A stretch of DNA of 64,000 nucleotides from Octopus bimaculoides (GCF_001194135.2 NC_069002.1:4039284-4103283); one strand, 5' to 3'; numbered from the stretch's first letter, positions 13,068 through 27,858 are shown. Notes: generated by a model from the sequence alone, not told the origin. Made by a program: numbers and translations.

Positions 13068-16000
13068 TTATCTCCCTTCTCTTTTTCTTCTTCCTTCCCC
13101 TTTTCTCTCATCTATGCATAACAGAAACATGTTGAGATATGAATTATAAAGGTCTCTTTAGCTGGAGATTTAAAAGTTTGTCACATGTTTGAAATGTTGG
13201 ATTTTCCACTCCCCTCAGCAACTTCACGGTACTCTTTTTATCAGTTTTACTGAATAATACAAGCCTTGGTGATGCAAACCAGCACCAGTCTCTGAGTCCA
13301 TTTGATGATGATGATGATGATGTGTGTGTGTGTGTGTGTGTTCTTTATAAACACATTTTCTTAAAGATTGTAATAACCCTTTCTTTCTTTTAAAGGACCT
13401 TGCTTGGATGGCAGCCTTTTTTATAAAGATTTTCTACCTTTATACTCCCTTTCTCGGATTCTGGGGAGTATTGGCATACTATTTTGTCGTCAGGTAAGCC
13501 TGCTTCTTCTATTTCACTTGCACAAGTCTTGCTGGTCTGGTAAGATGTTGAATACCTTTCACTTAACATTTGTTTCAATTTACATCAAGGACATGTTTTT
13601 AACTAAACCTAGCCCTCCCATACACACACAAGTACACACAAAAGTCTGAACTACAGTTAAAAGGATGCTTTGGAAAGGTGTTGCCATGCGCCTTGACTGC
13701 TTCTTCTTTTCATTGACCCTGATAGGATTGAAAGGCACCTTTGACCTCGATGGAATTTGAACTCAAAACGTAAAGATGGGACAAGTGCCACTAAGCATTT
13801 TGTCCAGCGTGTCAACAATTCTGTTAGCTTACCACCAATGCCTGTCTCAATAACAACACTAATAAGGCAGATGTTGTTGTCTGGCCAAGGAAAGGCACCT
13901 AGTTTCGCTCTCTCTGGTTGGCCTTCCTGACAAAAACAAAAGAACAGGTTCTGCTCCTTGTACTTTACAGCAATTGAATTATTAGCAGAACTGAAAGCTA
14001 AGGGCCTTGGGCATATTTCACTGAGCCATAAATTAGTTGTTACAACAATTCAACCTTGATGGTTTTAACAATTAAGAAAGGAAAGAATTTTTAAAATCAT
14101 GAATGTAGATGAGGATAATAATGATGGCATGTCCTCTTCCTTTTATCTCCCCCACCACTTCTTCCTTTTCTTTTCTTTTCCCACCTCTGCCTCTTCTACC
14201 TCTTTCCACCACAACCTTCTCCCCCCACCATTACATTTGTTCTGTCTGTCCCAATCTGGTGTTGTTTTATAAAAGAGTTTTTCTTATCTCTCTTTATTTC
14301 TATATTTCTGACTAAATATTTTGATATTTTTTTTATTCTGAATTAAATCTTTTTAAAGTTTGTCTTCGAGATGTATCGACTGTAATGTTCTTTTCTCTTC
14401 TTCTGTCTTCAGGTGTGTTGAAAGTCACTGGTTTACCTGGGTCAGTCAGTCTAACCATATTCCAATGGATGTAGAACATGATACAGCCCAACCCTGGCTT
14501 GCCTTGCAACTCCATGCGACCTGTGATATTGAGAAGTCATTTTTCAATGATTGGTTTACTGGACATCTTAATTTCCAAATCGAACACCAGTAATTATTAT
14601 AAATTATGACTAATTATTGATTGCGGATTCATTAGCAAGCTGGACAAAATGCACGGTGGCGAGCTAGCAGAATTTTTAGCATGCTGGACAAAACGCGTAA
14701 TGGTATTTTGTCTGTCTGTATGTTCTGTGTTTAAATGCCACTGAGGTCAACTTTACCTTTCATCCTTTTGGGGTCTATAAAGTAAGTACCAGTCATGTAC
14801 TGGTGTCAGTTAATCAACTTCTTCCTCTCTCCCAAAAACTGCTGGCCACTAAGCATTTTGTCTGGCATGCTAACGTTTCTACCAGTTCACCACCTTGATC
14901 ATCATCATCGTTTAATGTCTGCTTTCCGTGCTGGCATGAGTTGGACGGCTTGACATTGAGCTGGCTAACTGGGAGCTGTCCAGACACCAATTGCCTGGTT
15001 TCTGCAGCTGGATACCCTTCCTAATGCCAACCACTCAACAGTGTGCTGGGTGCCTTTTACATGCAACTGGCACAAGTGCATTTAAGCAGAACCGGCATGA
15101 GTGCAATCCTGCAGCACCGACACAGGTGCTTTCTATGTGGCACTGGCACCTGAAAGGACAAGCCTGTATGTGAAGGACAGTGATACTGCTTGGCTTGGTG
15201 TGTCTTGATAATAATAATAATAATTCTTTCTAATTTTGGCTCATGCTGAGTAAGTTTGAGGAGAGGGCTTGGTTGATTATATTGGCTCCAGTGGTACTTA
15301 TTTTATCGACTCTCAAAAAGTGAAAAGTAGAGATGACCTTGGCTCAATTTGAACTCAGAACACAAAACCAGAAGAAATGCCACTAAGCATTTTATTTTGT
15401 CCACTAAATCTGAAATGAAACCAAAATGCTAACATTTTTCTCATTGTTCTCTGTTTTTCAGCTTGTTTCCTACAATGCCACGGCACAATCTCTACAAGAT
15501 TGCACCATATGTGAAATCATTGTGTGAAAAACATGGTATAAGATACGAAGTAAAACCCCTGGGGAAAGCATTTGTTGATGTTGTACGGTGAGTTTTTGCT
15601 CTTTCTCAGCTGTATTTTTTTTTCTTTTGTGAACCTGTTATTGCTGTCCTTTCTGTGTGTGTGGGTCTACTACCCCCTTACTAAGATTAAATGATATACA
15701 GGTGTGTATAAATATTTCGTTGTATACTCAAATAGACTGATAAAACACTTCTCATTCTTCTGACATCCCACTACTTCACAATAATGATAATGAAGACACA
15801 TGACTCAGTGGTTGGAGCATCAGACTCAATCAAGAGATAGTGAGTTTGATTCCTGGATCGGGCTGTGTGTTGTGTTCTTGAGCAAGACACTTTATTTCAT
15901 GTTGTTCCAGTTCACTCAGCTGCAGAAATGAGTTGCGATGCCACTGGTGCCAAGCTGTATCGGCCCCTTTGCCTTTCCCTTGGATAACATTGATGGCGTG

Positions 16001-17187
16001 GAGGGGCGGGGCTTGTATGCATGGATGACTGCTGATCTTCCATAAAAAGAACCTTGCTTAGACTTGTACTTTTGAGGGGGACTTCTTAGATGCAATCCCA
16101 TAGCCCTTTTTGGCCGAAGGGGATCTTCACCTTTTACTTGTTTCATTCATTAGACTGCGACCATGGTGGGGCTCCGTCTTGAAAAATATTTTTAGTTGAA
16201 TGAATCTACTCTAGTACATTAATGTTGGTCCAAACACCAACTTGATAACAAGGTTATTTTACCAAATTCTTCATTTTCTTTCAAAATTAGTTGAAATAAA
16301 GATACTGCCAATTAGAAGAATCTTCAAATATTTAAAGAACCCTAGTTATGTACCTTGCTTAAAGAGACATAACTCAATGCTATTACCGAAGTTTATTCCT
16401 TCTCCAGTGAAGTAAAATTCATTATGAACGCATTATCTTCTTTAACCTTTTCATAGACTCATAACCCAGAGAACATAGAGTACAAGTACATAATGGCACA
16501 AATTTTACAAAAAAAAAACAAAAAAATTGATGTAAAAATGATTGCTTTGATACATATATAAGTCAGTAAATAGTGGGGTTGTGTTAACCGCACGTGGAGA
16601 AATAATAGGAAAATGAAAAATAAGGCAGAATGCTAAACTGGAAGCATATTTTAATAGATAATGGTTGGAAAAATAAGGATGCATGAGAATGGAGAGTTGT
16701 GTTAGGTTTAAAAAAAGGGTTAAAAGTTTGTGTTAAGCAGGAAGTGTGGTGTCAAAACAGGAAGTGTGTGTAAGGGGAGACAAATGTTTTTAGTTGGAGT
16801 TANNNNNNNNNNNNNNNNNNNNNNNNNNNNNNNNNNNNNNNNNNNNNNNNNNNNNNNNNNNNNNNNNNNNNNNNNNNNNNNNNNNNNNNNNNNNNNNNNN
16901 NNNNNNNNNNNNNNNNNNNNNNNNNNNNNNNNNNNNNNNNNNNNNNNNNNNNNNNNNNNNNNNNNNNNNNNNNNNNNNNNNNNNNNNNNNNNNNNNNNNN
17001 NNNNNNNNNNNNNNNNNNNNNNNNNNNNNNNNNNNNNNNNNNNNNNNNNNNNNNNNNNNNNNNNNNNNNNNNNNNNNNNNNNNNNNNNNNNNNNNNNNNN
17101 NNNNNNNNNNNNNNNNNNNNNNNNNNNNNNNNNNNNNNNNNNNNNNNNNNNNNNNNNNNNNNNNNNNNNNNNNNNNNNNNNNNNNNN

Positions 17188-17229
<42 letters not shown>

Positions 17230-17371
17230 TGTGGTGTGTGTGTGTGTGTGTGTATATGAATATATATTTTTTTTATTGTATTCTATTTTTTATTTTATTT
17301 GTTATTTCAGGACCTTGAAACATTCCGGAGAGATCTGGTATGCAGCATATCAAGCACATCATATGTTATAG
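6881..17371 (+). CDS. FADS2: Front-end fatty acyl desaturase (FADS1/FADS2 family; delta-5/delta-6 type, orthology unresolved), 5'-partial, 11 coding exons, ~373 aa visible
   Basis: Exons: 6881-7027, 7663-7809, 9262-9363, 9983-10042, 10549-10614, 11141-11201, 12928-13004, 13396-13493, 14413-14589, 15462-15587, 17311-17371 (TAG). All are GT-AG and phase-compatible. Motifs: end of the cytochrome b5 domain ([16 protein letters not shown]), His boxes HDFGH, HYQHH and QIEHH, plus [35 protein letters not shown] and LFPTMPRHN. Confidence 0.96.
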
Positions 17372-17669
17372 AAAATATCCATATTCATAAATATATATAT
17401 GTATACATGTGTGTGTGTGTATATATCTATATATACATATATTTATATGCATGCATGTATGTATGTATGTATATATATATTCATTCATATATATATATAT
17501 ATATATGAATATATATATACGTATATACACATATATATACATAGATACATATATATACATACATTCATATATATATACATATATATCTATACATATATAA
17601 AGCAAGAACATAAAACAGCACAAGTGAACAAGACATTAAAAAAAGACAAAGAAACAATGAAAAGGAAAG

Positions 17670-17700
<31 letters not shown>

Positions 17701-17917
17701 TATATATATAAACAACAATATAATGAAACAGCGAAACCAAAAGAAGTTTGGGGAGGGGGAGGGGAAAAGAAGACTTGAAACTACAAGAGAAATCCCAAGG
17801 AACCAGAATAACAACCAAAATCTTCAAGATTACTGCTGCCATGGGACATAGAAAGCAGTTTGTCTTTGAGTGTTTTTTTTTTCCTTTGTGTTTCTTCTTT
17901 TTTTTTTTAAACAGCAG

Positions 17918-17960
<43 letters not shown>

Positions 17961-17979
17961 GCAAAGGGACAAGATGGAT

Positions 17980-18201
17980 GAATCATTGGCATGCTGGGCA
18001 AAATGCTTGGCGGCATTTCGTCCGTCTTTGCATTCTGGGTTCAAGTTCCTGTTGGGGTTGGCTTTATCCTGTCATCATTTCGGGGGTTGATAAAATAAGT
18101 ACCAGTTGAATACTGGGGGTCAATGTAATCGACTTGCCCCTACGCCGAAATTGCTGGCCTTGTGCCAAAATTGGAAATCATCATCATCCTTATTATTATT
18201 A

Positions 18202-18260
<59 letters not shown>

Positions 18261-19371
18261 GTTAAGACAGCAAGCTGGCAGACTCGTTGCTGGACAAAAT
18301 GCTTAGCACCGTTTTGTTTGTCTTTACGTTCTGAGTTCAAATTCCACCAAGGTTGACTTTTGCCTTTCATCCTTTCAGGGTTGATAAAACAAGTACCAGT
18401 TGAACACTGGGGGTCGATCTAATCGACTAGTACCCTCCCCTGAAATTACCGGCCTTGTGCCTATAGTAGAAAGAAATATTGTGGATGACTGGCAGAATTG
18501 TTAGAGTGTCATAAACTAAAAAAAAAAAATAGAAAGAAAAAAAAAAAAGCCTTGCGGTATTTCTCTTGATATTTTATGGCTAGAGTTCAAATCTCAGTGA
18601 GGTCAGTTCTTCACTGGTACATTATTTTAATGATCCCCAAGAGGACAAATGGCTGGCCTTGTGCCTAAATTGGAAGCAATTTTTGTTATCAGCAAGATCA
18701 CAAGAGCATCAGATTAAGTACTTGGCAGTATTTTTCTCTGGCTCTTTATGTTCTGAGTTCAAATCTGCCCCAGGACAACTTTCACTTTCATTCCTCTGAG
18801 GTTGAAAAAGAAAAAGTACCAGTGAAATATTTGGGCCAATGATATCAACTAGCACCCCCCACCCCCCGCCATCAAAATTGTTGGCCTTGTCCCCTTGTCC
18901 CCTATGTAAGAATGCTTAGTGGAATTTCATCTATCTTTACATTCTGAGTTCAAATTCTGCTACAGTTGACTCTGCCTTTCAGGTTTGATGATATAGATAC
19001 CAGTTAAACACTGAGGGGGTCAGTGTAATTCACTTGCCCCTCCCAACAAAATTTCAGGCCTTGTACTTTTAGTACAAAGGATTACAAGGTGGTGAGCTGG
19101 CAGAATCATCCCCACGCTGGACAAAATGTTTAGCAACCTTTATCCGGTCTTTGGTCTTTATGTTCTGAATTCAAATTCTGGCAAGGTTGACTTGACCTTT
19201 CATTCTTTTGGGTTTGTCAAAAAAAAAAAAACATACCAGCTGAGCAATGGGGGTTGACAAAATAAATATCAGTTAAGCACTGGGGGTGGAGGTCGATGTT
19301 ATCATCTAGCTCCTTTCCCCAAATTTCAGGCCCTGTACCTATTGTAGAAAGAATTATTCTTATTATTATTA

Positions 19372-19415
<44 letters not shown>

Positions 19416-20112
19416 GCAGAATCATTAGTGTTGGATGAAATGCTAAGTGGCATTTCTTCCAGCCCTTTACATTCTGAGTGTTCAAATCCTGCCAGGGTCA
19501 TCTCTGCTTTTCATCCTTTTCGAGGTCAGTAAAAAATAAAGTACCAGTCACGTACTGGGGTCGATGGTATTGACTGAACCCCCCCCCCCCTTCCCTTTCA
19601 AGGTTGCTGACCTTTTGCCAAAATGAGAAACAATTGTAACAATGGTGGTAGATATGGCAGAATTGGTGAGAGTATCAAAAACAAAATGTGTTTGTGGTAT
19701 TTAATGACATCTGTTGGCATGTTTTGAGTTCAAATCCTGCTGAGGGAGTGATAGAATTTAAGTACGGTTCAAGTCCTGGGATTAATATGATTAACTTTAC
19801 CCCACCACACATACAACACACCTCAAAATATACATTTCTGGCCTTGATTTATGTAAGAAGTTATTATTATTATTATCATTATTATTATTGTCCTTAACTG
19901 ACAGAATTGTTACTGTGCCGGGAAAAATGCTTAGCAGCATTTCTTTCGACTCTTTATGTCCTGAGTTCAAATACCACCAGGGTCCACTTTGCCTTTCATC
20001 CTTTCTGGGTCGATAAATTAAGTACCAGTTGAATACTGGGGTCAACGTAATTGACTTATCCTATCCCCCAATCTTCCTGGCCTTGTGTTAAAATTTGAAA
20101 TCATCATCATCA

Positions 20113-20147
<35 letters not shown>

Positions 20148-20346
20148 GAGACCCTCAGTTAGCAGAATCGTTAAAGCGCTAGAAAAATGCTTTGCAGTAT
20201 TTTTTTCCTGGATCGTCATGTTCTGATTTCATCCCTCTGGGGTCAATACATAGCAGTACCAGTTAAATACTGGTGTCAAATATATCAACCAAACCCCGCT
20301 TCTCCAAATTTCTGGCCTTGTGCTTTTTAAGAAATTATTATTATTA

Positions 20347-20387
<41 letters not shown>

Positions 20388-21490
20388 GGCAGTGAGCTGG
20401 GGGAGTCGTTACCACACCAAACAAAATGCTTGGTGTAGCATTTCACCTGGCTCTTTATGCTGTGTGTTCAAACCGCACTAAGGTCGACTTTGCCTTTCAT
20501 CCTTTCAGCGTCGATAAAACAAGTACCAGTCAAGTACTGGGGGTCGATGTGATTGATTCTCCCCCTCCCCACAAAAAATCCAGGCCTTGTGCTTATAATA
20601 GAAAGGATTATTATTATTATTATTACGGTGGCTAGCTGGTAGAATTGTTACCATGTCAGACAAAACAGCAACATTTCTTCCCATTCTTTTACGTTGTGAG
20701 TTCAAATCCCGCTGAGGTCAACTTTGCCTTTCATGCTTTTGGAGCTGGTAAAATGTGTACCAGTTGTGCACTGGGATCAATGTAACAGATAGGCTCCCCC
20801 TCCCCACACAATTTGAGGCCTTGTGCCTATAATTTAATGAATTATTATTATTATTTATCTGGTATGACATATTGGCAAAATGTCTCATTTAAAGCTGTCT
20901 CCATTGAATTATATATCTTTTGAGTTCATGTCTCTCGGGGTGGGGGAGGTTGACTTTGTGGCTTTGACAGAATGATTAACCAGTTATATATTGCGGGAAG
21001 AAGGGTGGGTTGGGTGGTGGTGGTGTAAACAGTTAATGTAACTAATTGTATGTGAAATGCAAATACACATTGCTAATACTACCACCACCACCATCACTAC
21101 TACTACTACTACTACGGAAGACTGATGGATTGGCAAAATTGGTAGGGCATTGCTCTGCCCCATCTCTTGTGTATTTAGTTACGTCCTTTTGCATTCTGTC
21201 TTCATATCTATCTGTGGTCAAATTGGCCTTTTGTCCATCTGGTGGGGGTCAGTCAAATAAGTACAGCGCAAGTCCTGGGTCAAAGTAGCTGATGAATGTT
21301 TACCCTCAAACTTTTGTCACTGTACCTCTGGTGGAAAACAATTAGTGTTATCATTATTATGAAGGTGGTTAGCACACGAGACAAAATACTTAGTGGTATT
21401 TGTCCATCCTTATGTTCTGAGTTCAAATTCTGCCAAGGTTTACTTTGCCTTTCATCCTTTTGGGGGTTGATAAATTAAGTATCACTTGAA
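17980..21490 (+). mobile_element. Head-to-tail stack of ~13-14 copies of a ~200-bp SINE-like repeat with (ATT)n tails
   Basis: Recurring unit GAGCTGGCAGAATCGTTAG..AAATGCTTAG..TTCTGAGTTCAAAT..GGTCAACTTTGCCTTTCATCC..AAGTACCAGT..CACTGGGGTCGATGTAAT..GGCCTTGTGCC. All copies are on +, and many are followed by (ATT)n. The B-box-like GAGTTCAAAT suggests a Pol III SINE. Copy count is by eye. Confidence 0.85.
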
Positions 21491-24029
21491 CACTGAACAT
21501 ACATATATATATATATACATACATACATACATACATATATATATATATGTATATATGTATGCATGTATATATATACACAGGAAATCAACCATGCTGTATT
21601 TTTTAACTAATTATACATGTGGTTATTTTCACATAAGCATACAGTCTTACTTAATATGTGGCCTCATGCCAAAGTTAGAAATATATATATTTGGTTATTT
21701 TATCTCTGCCCCCTCTTCCTCCTGTCACTTATTTTACATTAACCCTCATCCTAATAATGAACAATTTTTTAAAGGTTCCTCTCCTAAAAAGAAAAAATGA
21801 TTAAATAATATAAAATAAATAACAAGAAAATAGTGAAAAGTCTCTAAAATGAGAAAAGTAATATAATTCTAATAATGATTCTATACTGATAAAAGGAAAA
21901 AATTATATTACACACACACATACTATATATACATATATATATAGTACAAGTGCTTATTTATTTTATTTGATATTGAATTTTATATTTTTTCTTGTATATC
22001 TGTGTGTGTGTTAATGAAGATATGTGATACCTTATTTTTCATTGAAAAGTTCTCTCACTAACGGCAGACTACCATGCCTTTTATTTTACTACTACTACTA
22101 CTACTACTAGATTGTGTGTGTGTGTGTCTGTGACAGGTGTTTTAGAACGGAGAATTAAATATCGAATCTGGTACATTCCTAGGGTGAGATGACTCTGTCA
22201 CTCTTTCTTTATAGATCAAGGGAAGTAATTTTTATTTACTAACGATGCTAATCTCTCTTCTCAAATTTAAAAACGGGAAATATAAATGTGACCATCTGCT
22301 TAATGAAGCGACAATTTGTTATTACTGTTAGCAGGGTAGTCAGAGTGTGTGGCCTTGTAGTTAGGGTGTTGCACTCACAATTACATGTTCACAGTTTCAG
22401 TTCCACGACTGGACTGTGCATTATGTTCTTGAGCAAATGACCTCATTTGCTGTTGCTCCAGTCCACTCGACTGTAAAGGAATTCCAACAAAAGCAGGGAA
22501 GTTAGCCCTGCGATGGACGAGAATCCTGTCCAGCAGTAGCAGTTTCATGTCATATGCCATGGAAACAGGCTAAAGCTTAGGCTTTACGAGCCTTAGGGCT
22601 CTTGACAGACCTACATTCTGGGTCTTTCATTAAATGAAGGGATTATCAGGCAATGGCCCTTTTTATGATTGCTTAAAATGCTTGGTGATATCTGTTCCCA
22701 GTTCTTAGAGGTGGTGAACTGGCAGAATCTTTAGCACACCAGTTCTGAGGTCAACTTTGACTTTCATCCCTTTCTGGTACCAGTGGAACATTGGGGTTTG
22801 ATGTAATTGTCTTACCTGCTGCCCCCAAAATTGCTGGCCTTTATATGAAACCAATATTTATTCCAGCTCTTTAGGTTCTGAGCTCAAATTCCACCCTCCC
22901 TCTTCCTCTCTGATGGGGTAGATAGAATAAAGTACCACTCAAAACTGGGGGTTGGTATAACTGAGTAGAGTCCAGTTTTTTCTCGTAAGGATGTGGGGCT
23001 GTGAAGATTGAAAAAAGGGGACAGACAAATTGCTATGTTTAACCTAATTTAAGAAAGTTTTAAAGTTTATAAACTTGCCTAACACTGTGACAAAGAAGAA
23101 GAATTATATAAATACAAACTCTATTTTATTTTCTCATTAAGAAGGGAGAAGGCTTGCGCCTAAAAGATTTCAGTGTTATTTTTCATGGGCTGGTGTTTGT
23201 TAACTTGAGAAGCACGATTGCAGCCCTTCCCATCAAAATTTGTGGCCTTATATCTATGTTAGAAATTATTATTTAAGGCAATAGACTGGTGAAATAAGTT
23301 GAGCAGTAGAAGACAAGATCATTCCAAGGTTGATTTCACAGTTAATTGTTTCAGGGTTCAATCGAATGATGTAACAGTCAGGTTTGTACAGCAGGGCTGT
23401 ATTCAACCAACTACTCACCTCCTACTAGATCTGAAGCCTTGTGCTTAAATAAGAATATACAGTAGTGGTAACAGATCGGTGAGGGAGGCTTCTATGTCGG
23501 TGTTTGACATGCTAGAAATAGCAGCCAAATCTTTACCCGTTTTGAAAACGTTAAAAAGAAAAACAATGACATAGTCCTGAATATACTGCCTGAAAAAATA
23601 GAATGATCATGGCTAGACTGTCATCCATTATAAATCTACTACTACTCATTTGGAGCTTGCCTATGGCTAAACAACGAGATAAATACCCGGTGAACCATGT
23701 TCACAACTCTGTTTTCTTATCCCAGTTGAAGTTAATTCACTTCACTTAAACCACTAATACCATTGAGGAAGGCAATGTCACTACCCTCTTCCCTTATAAT
23801 ATATATATATATTACGGCCCTTGTCCGGAGTAAAACCATCACCATTAGAATGTAGTATATTTTTTTTCCTGTGATCATTGCAGAATTATATAACTTTATT
23901 TTTGGACCTCATCATCTTCTCCATCTCTTCTTCTTATCTCAATCTCTCCTTTCCTCTCTCTATTCCACACTGGCTCACTCTATCTCTCCCCCTCTCTCAC
24001 TATGTGTTTTGCTCTGTCTCTATAAACAT

Positions 24030-24240
<211 letters not shown>

Positions 24241-24444
24241 ACTTTTTATTAATTTTCTTACTTTGTAAACTATTTTTTCTTTAACAATTACAAACTTCAA
24301 TTTCTTTTGTTTTAATATAATTTATTAAAAAGAAATATTTTCTGTCATTTTTATACTTATTTTTCCTGCATTTCAAATACAACTTTTTTTAATTTCCATT
24401 TAGACCTCTGCACCCAATTATGCATGCACTAACACCCATCCATG

Positions 24445-24484
<40 letters not shown>

Positions 24485-24892
24485 CTGCTTCTACCTGCAT
24501 ATACACATGTATGTAGAAGTAGCACTTGTTATCAGAAATTTTCAAGTATGATATGACTTATCTAATTTAAGAAGTCTTTAACATTCAGATATTACAACAG
24601 GTAAGCTTTCAACCTAGGTATGACATCAATGTATCACAAGGATTTTGTACATCAGGGAGGATTTTTAGCTCAGATGGCTTCGTGTGGGTTTTGTACTGTT
24701 TACTGTAACAGGCTTGACCAACCACCATAACTATTTGGCCAAAGAGATGAAAATTTGAATTAACAGCTTTAAAGGAATTAAGTTCAGATCTGAAGATTAA
24801 GAATCAGTCTTTCTATTGTGATCATGCTATTTCAGTAATCTACATGCTTCAGCTAAACAAATTAGGAAACTGTGTGAGTATGTATGTATATA

Positions 24893-24938
<46 letters not shown>

Positions 24939-25209
24939 TGTATATATGTATGAATATATACTATGTATACACACACCCATCATCATCATCATCATCATCG
25001 TTTAGCATGGAAAGCGGACGTTAAACGATGATGATGATGATGATGATGATGGGTGTGTGTATGTATATATGTGTGTGTGCATATGTATATATATATATAT
25101 ATAGCACAGAAACAGATATATATATATATATATTGTCTGTCCTTGTTTGTCCCCGCTATGTTTAGCCCCTTGTGGGCAATAAAGAAATAAGAAATAAGAA
25201 ACAGATATA

Positions 25210-26020
25210 TATATAGCAGAGGTTGACTTTGCCTTTCATCCTGTTGGGATTGGTAAAATAAGAACCATTTAAGCCCCGTGCTTGAAGTGATTGACTTACT
25301 CTCCCTTAAAATTGCTGGCTTTGTGTCAAAATTTGAAATCATCATTATTATCATCATTATTATTATTATTAGGTCAGTGGATAATGAGAATTGTTAGTGT
25401 TGGGAGAAAATGCCTAGCTGTATTTGTGTTGTCTTTTTTTTTTACATTCCAAGTTCAAATCCCACTCAGATGAATTTTGCCTTTCATCCTTTTTGGGGGT
25501 CTATAAAATAAAGTACCAGTCAAGTACTGTAGTTTATGGTATCGACTAACCCCCTCTGTGCCACAATTATAAAGAAATTTCATTATTATTATTAAGGCCA
25601 GTAAGGTGCCAAGCTGACAGTATTTTGTCCATCTCCATGCTCTGAGTTCAAATTCTGCTGAGGTCAACTTTGCCTTTCATCCTTTCAGGGTCGATAAAAT
25701 AAGTACCAGTTGAGCATTGGGGCCAATGTGACAGACTCCCCCCACCTGCCGGCCCCGGATTTGCTGGCCTTGTGCCAAAATTTGAAATCATCATTATTAA
25801 GGTCAGTGGATAGACAGAACTGGTTGAATGTTGGACAGAGCGCCTTGCCAAATTTGTCCTGGCTCTTTACTTTCTCAGATCTGGTCCTACTGAGGTCAAT
25901 TTTGCCTTTCATCTTTCCAAGGTTGAGAAAATAAAGTACCTGTCATGTGGTGGGGTTGGTTTAATCTACTTGGTCCTCCTCTGCCCAAATTCTTGGCCTT
26001 GTGCCTATGTCAGAAGTTTA
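25210..26020 (+). mobile_element. Second cluster (~4 copies) of the same SINE-like family
   Basis: Same GAGTTCAAAT / TTTGCCTTTCATCC / AAGTACCAGT / GGCCTTGTGCC motifs in tandem. Further dispersed copies at ~3260-3460(-), 13710-13840(-), 35050-35420, 39650-39800, 43290-43500, 54890-55110(-) and 61190-61380. Confidence 0.75.
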
Positions 26021-27858
26021 CCATTATTTTCATTACCAAAGACAATGGAATGAAGCAGTTTGTGTATTTATAGTATTATTAATTCCTGTTTTCTCTAAAT
26101 TCTGGGTTTGTAGATTTGTGTTGGGATCATATTTTTGCCTTTTTTTTTTTTTTTCCATCTTTTCTTTGTAGGTTTCATTAAATTAAATCTTAAGCATGTA
26201 TTGCAGGTAACTTGCCCGACTCTCACGTCTCCCCTGCCTAGAGAATAGGGAGGGTGTGTTAATTCCATCTGAAACTATATACCACCATTGCCACCACCAC
26301 CATCTCTGCCTCCCCCTCTTCCTCCTCCTCCTCCTTACAAATATGTGGCCTCTTTGTGGCACTGTTGTCAGAAACCATTTTTATTGTCATTATTATTATT
26401 ATCATCACCTTCATTGTCATTGCTCTTTCTTATCTATTTATTTTCATTGATTTTTTTTTTTGTTGTTGTTTTGTTTTCCAATTTATCTTCATCTCTGATG
26501 TGAAAAGAAAAGAATTTGAAAGAAAAAAAATCAGAACAAAAAAACAAAAAACAAAACAAGATGAATGCTTCATGGAAGGATTTCTATGAGTTACTAGAAT
26601 ATTTTATGAAACTTCTCACTAAGTTTGGAAAGACGAAACCATTTCTTGCTCAATGTATTAGTTTGAAAGTCTTTGAAAATCAGCTTCACACCCCTGCTAC
26701 CATATCTCTTTATTCCAAGTTACAAGCAACAATTGATACCAGGAATATAAAAAAATGTCTAGGCCTACTGATTGGACTCAAATCCCTAATTACACGAAAG
26801 ACTGCCTACTTGCTAAACACTCTTCTCAAATCAAATGCTATAAATCTATTTTTTTCTGCTATTTTTAAATTGGCATTTATTTTTTTAATGAATCTCCACA
26901 CATCAGTCACTTAGTGCTAGCCAGGTAGGTTATGCTACAAACGTCCAACATAACAAGGTATCCCACCTTGGTTGAACATTTGCAGCAAAAAATAACCGAA
27001 ATAAACCTCATTAACTCAAATACTGATTCACTGCAAAGATTTGAAATAATCAATTTGAGACAAAAGAAGAGTAACAGTTCCCAACACCGGTTCTGGAGTT
27101 GTGTATTTATCACTTGCCAACTGTCAGCGTTAACAATTACTCTACAGATGTGCTTGCCATGCCATCTTTAAAATTAGATTCTATAATCAACTACAAAATT
27201 GTGTACAGAGCAGCTGCAAGATAGGCTAAATACACATCTGTCCTAATACAAGATGAAACTGAAGCTATGTAATTGTACAAGAAAATAGTACGTACATATG
27301 CGATTTCAGTGAAATCTCTAATTTCAATATTAATATGTATTCTATTCTATAAATTTGCTAGTACAGAATGTATTTATCTATGGGTCATCTATTTTTCGAT
27401 TGTTTTTTTTTTTTAACTTCATTACATTGGATTCATTAACGTGTTCATTAATTAACCCAGATGTTTTCATTTCATTCTATATTTTTTAATTTATGATATC
27501 ATATCCATGGTCCCAAGTCATCCTGGAGAGGCAGTCCGGCTGTTGTGCATTTTATTTTATTTTTGTAAATTCACAGATTTGTATATTATTGGAGAAATAG
27601 TTTATTTTACACCTGAATAATCTGTCTAACCTGCTTTCGTTGGGAAGTAGAAGTAGGAATGGTGCAAAATTATGAAAAATATATATTTCACTAGACATTT
27701 TGTAATTCTTGATTATTTTGGGAATTTAATTGTAAAAAGGCAAGCATACTCTTGCTGGAAGTATAATTATGGAAGTGTTAGGTTATCCCTAAGATAAAAT
27801 AAGGTAGATGATTATTAAATGATTTATTAGCTGAAATATATTCATATATATATATATT

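Noticed and set aside
17980-21490. Regularly spaced repeats as a CRISPR array
   Set aside because: Units are ~200 bp, diverged, SINE-like and have microsatellite tails. There are no short identical repeats with unique spacers and no cas genes, and the context is eukaryotic.
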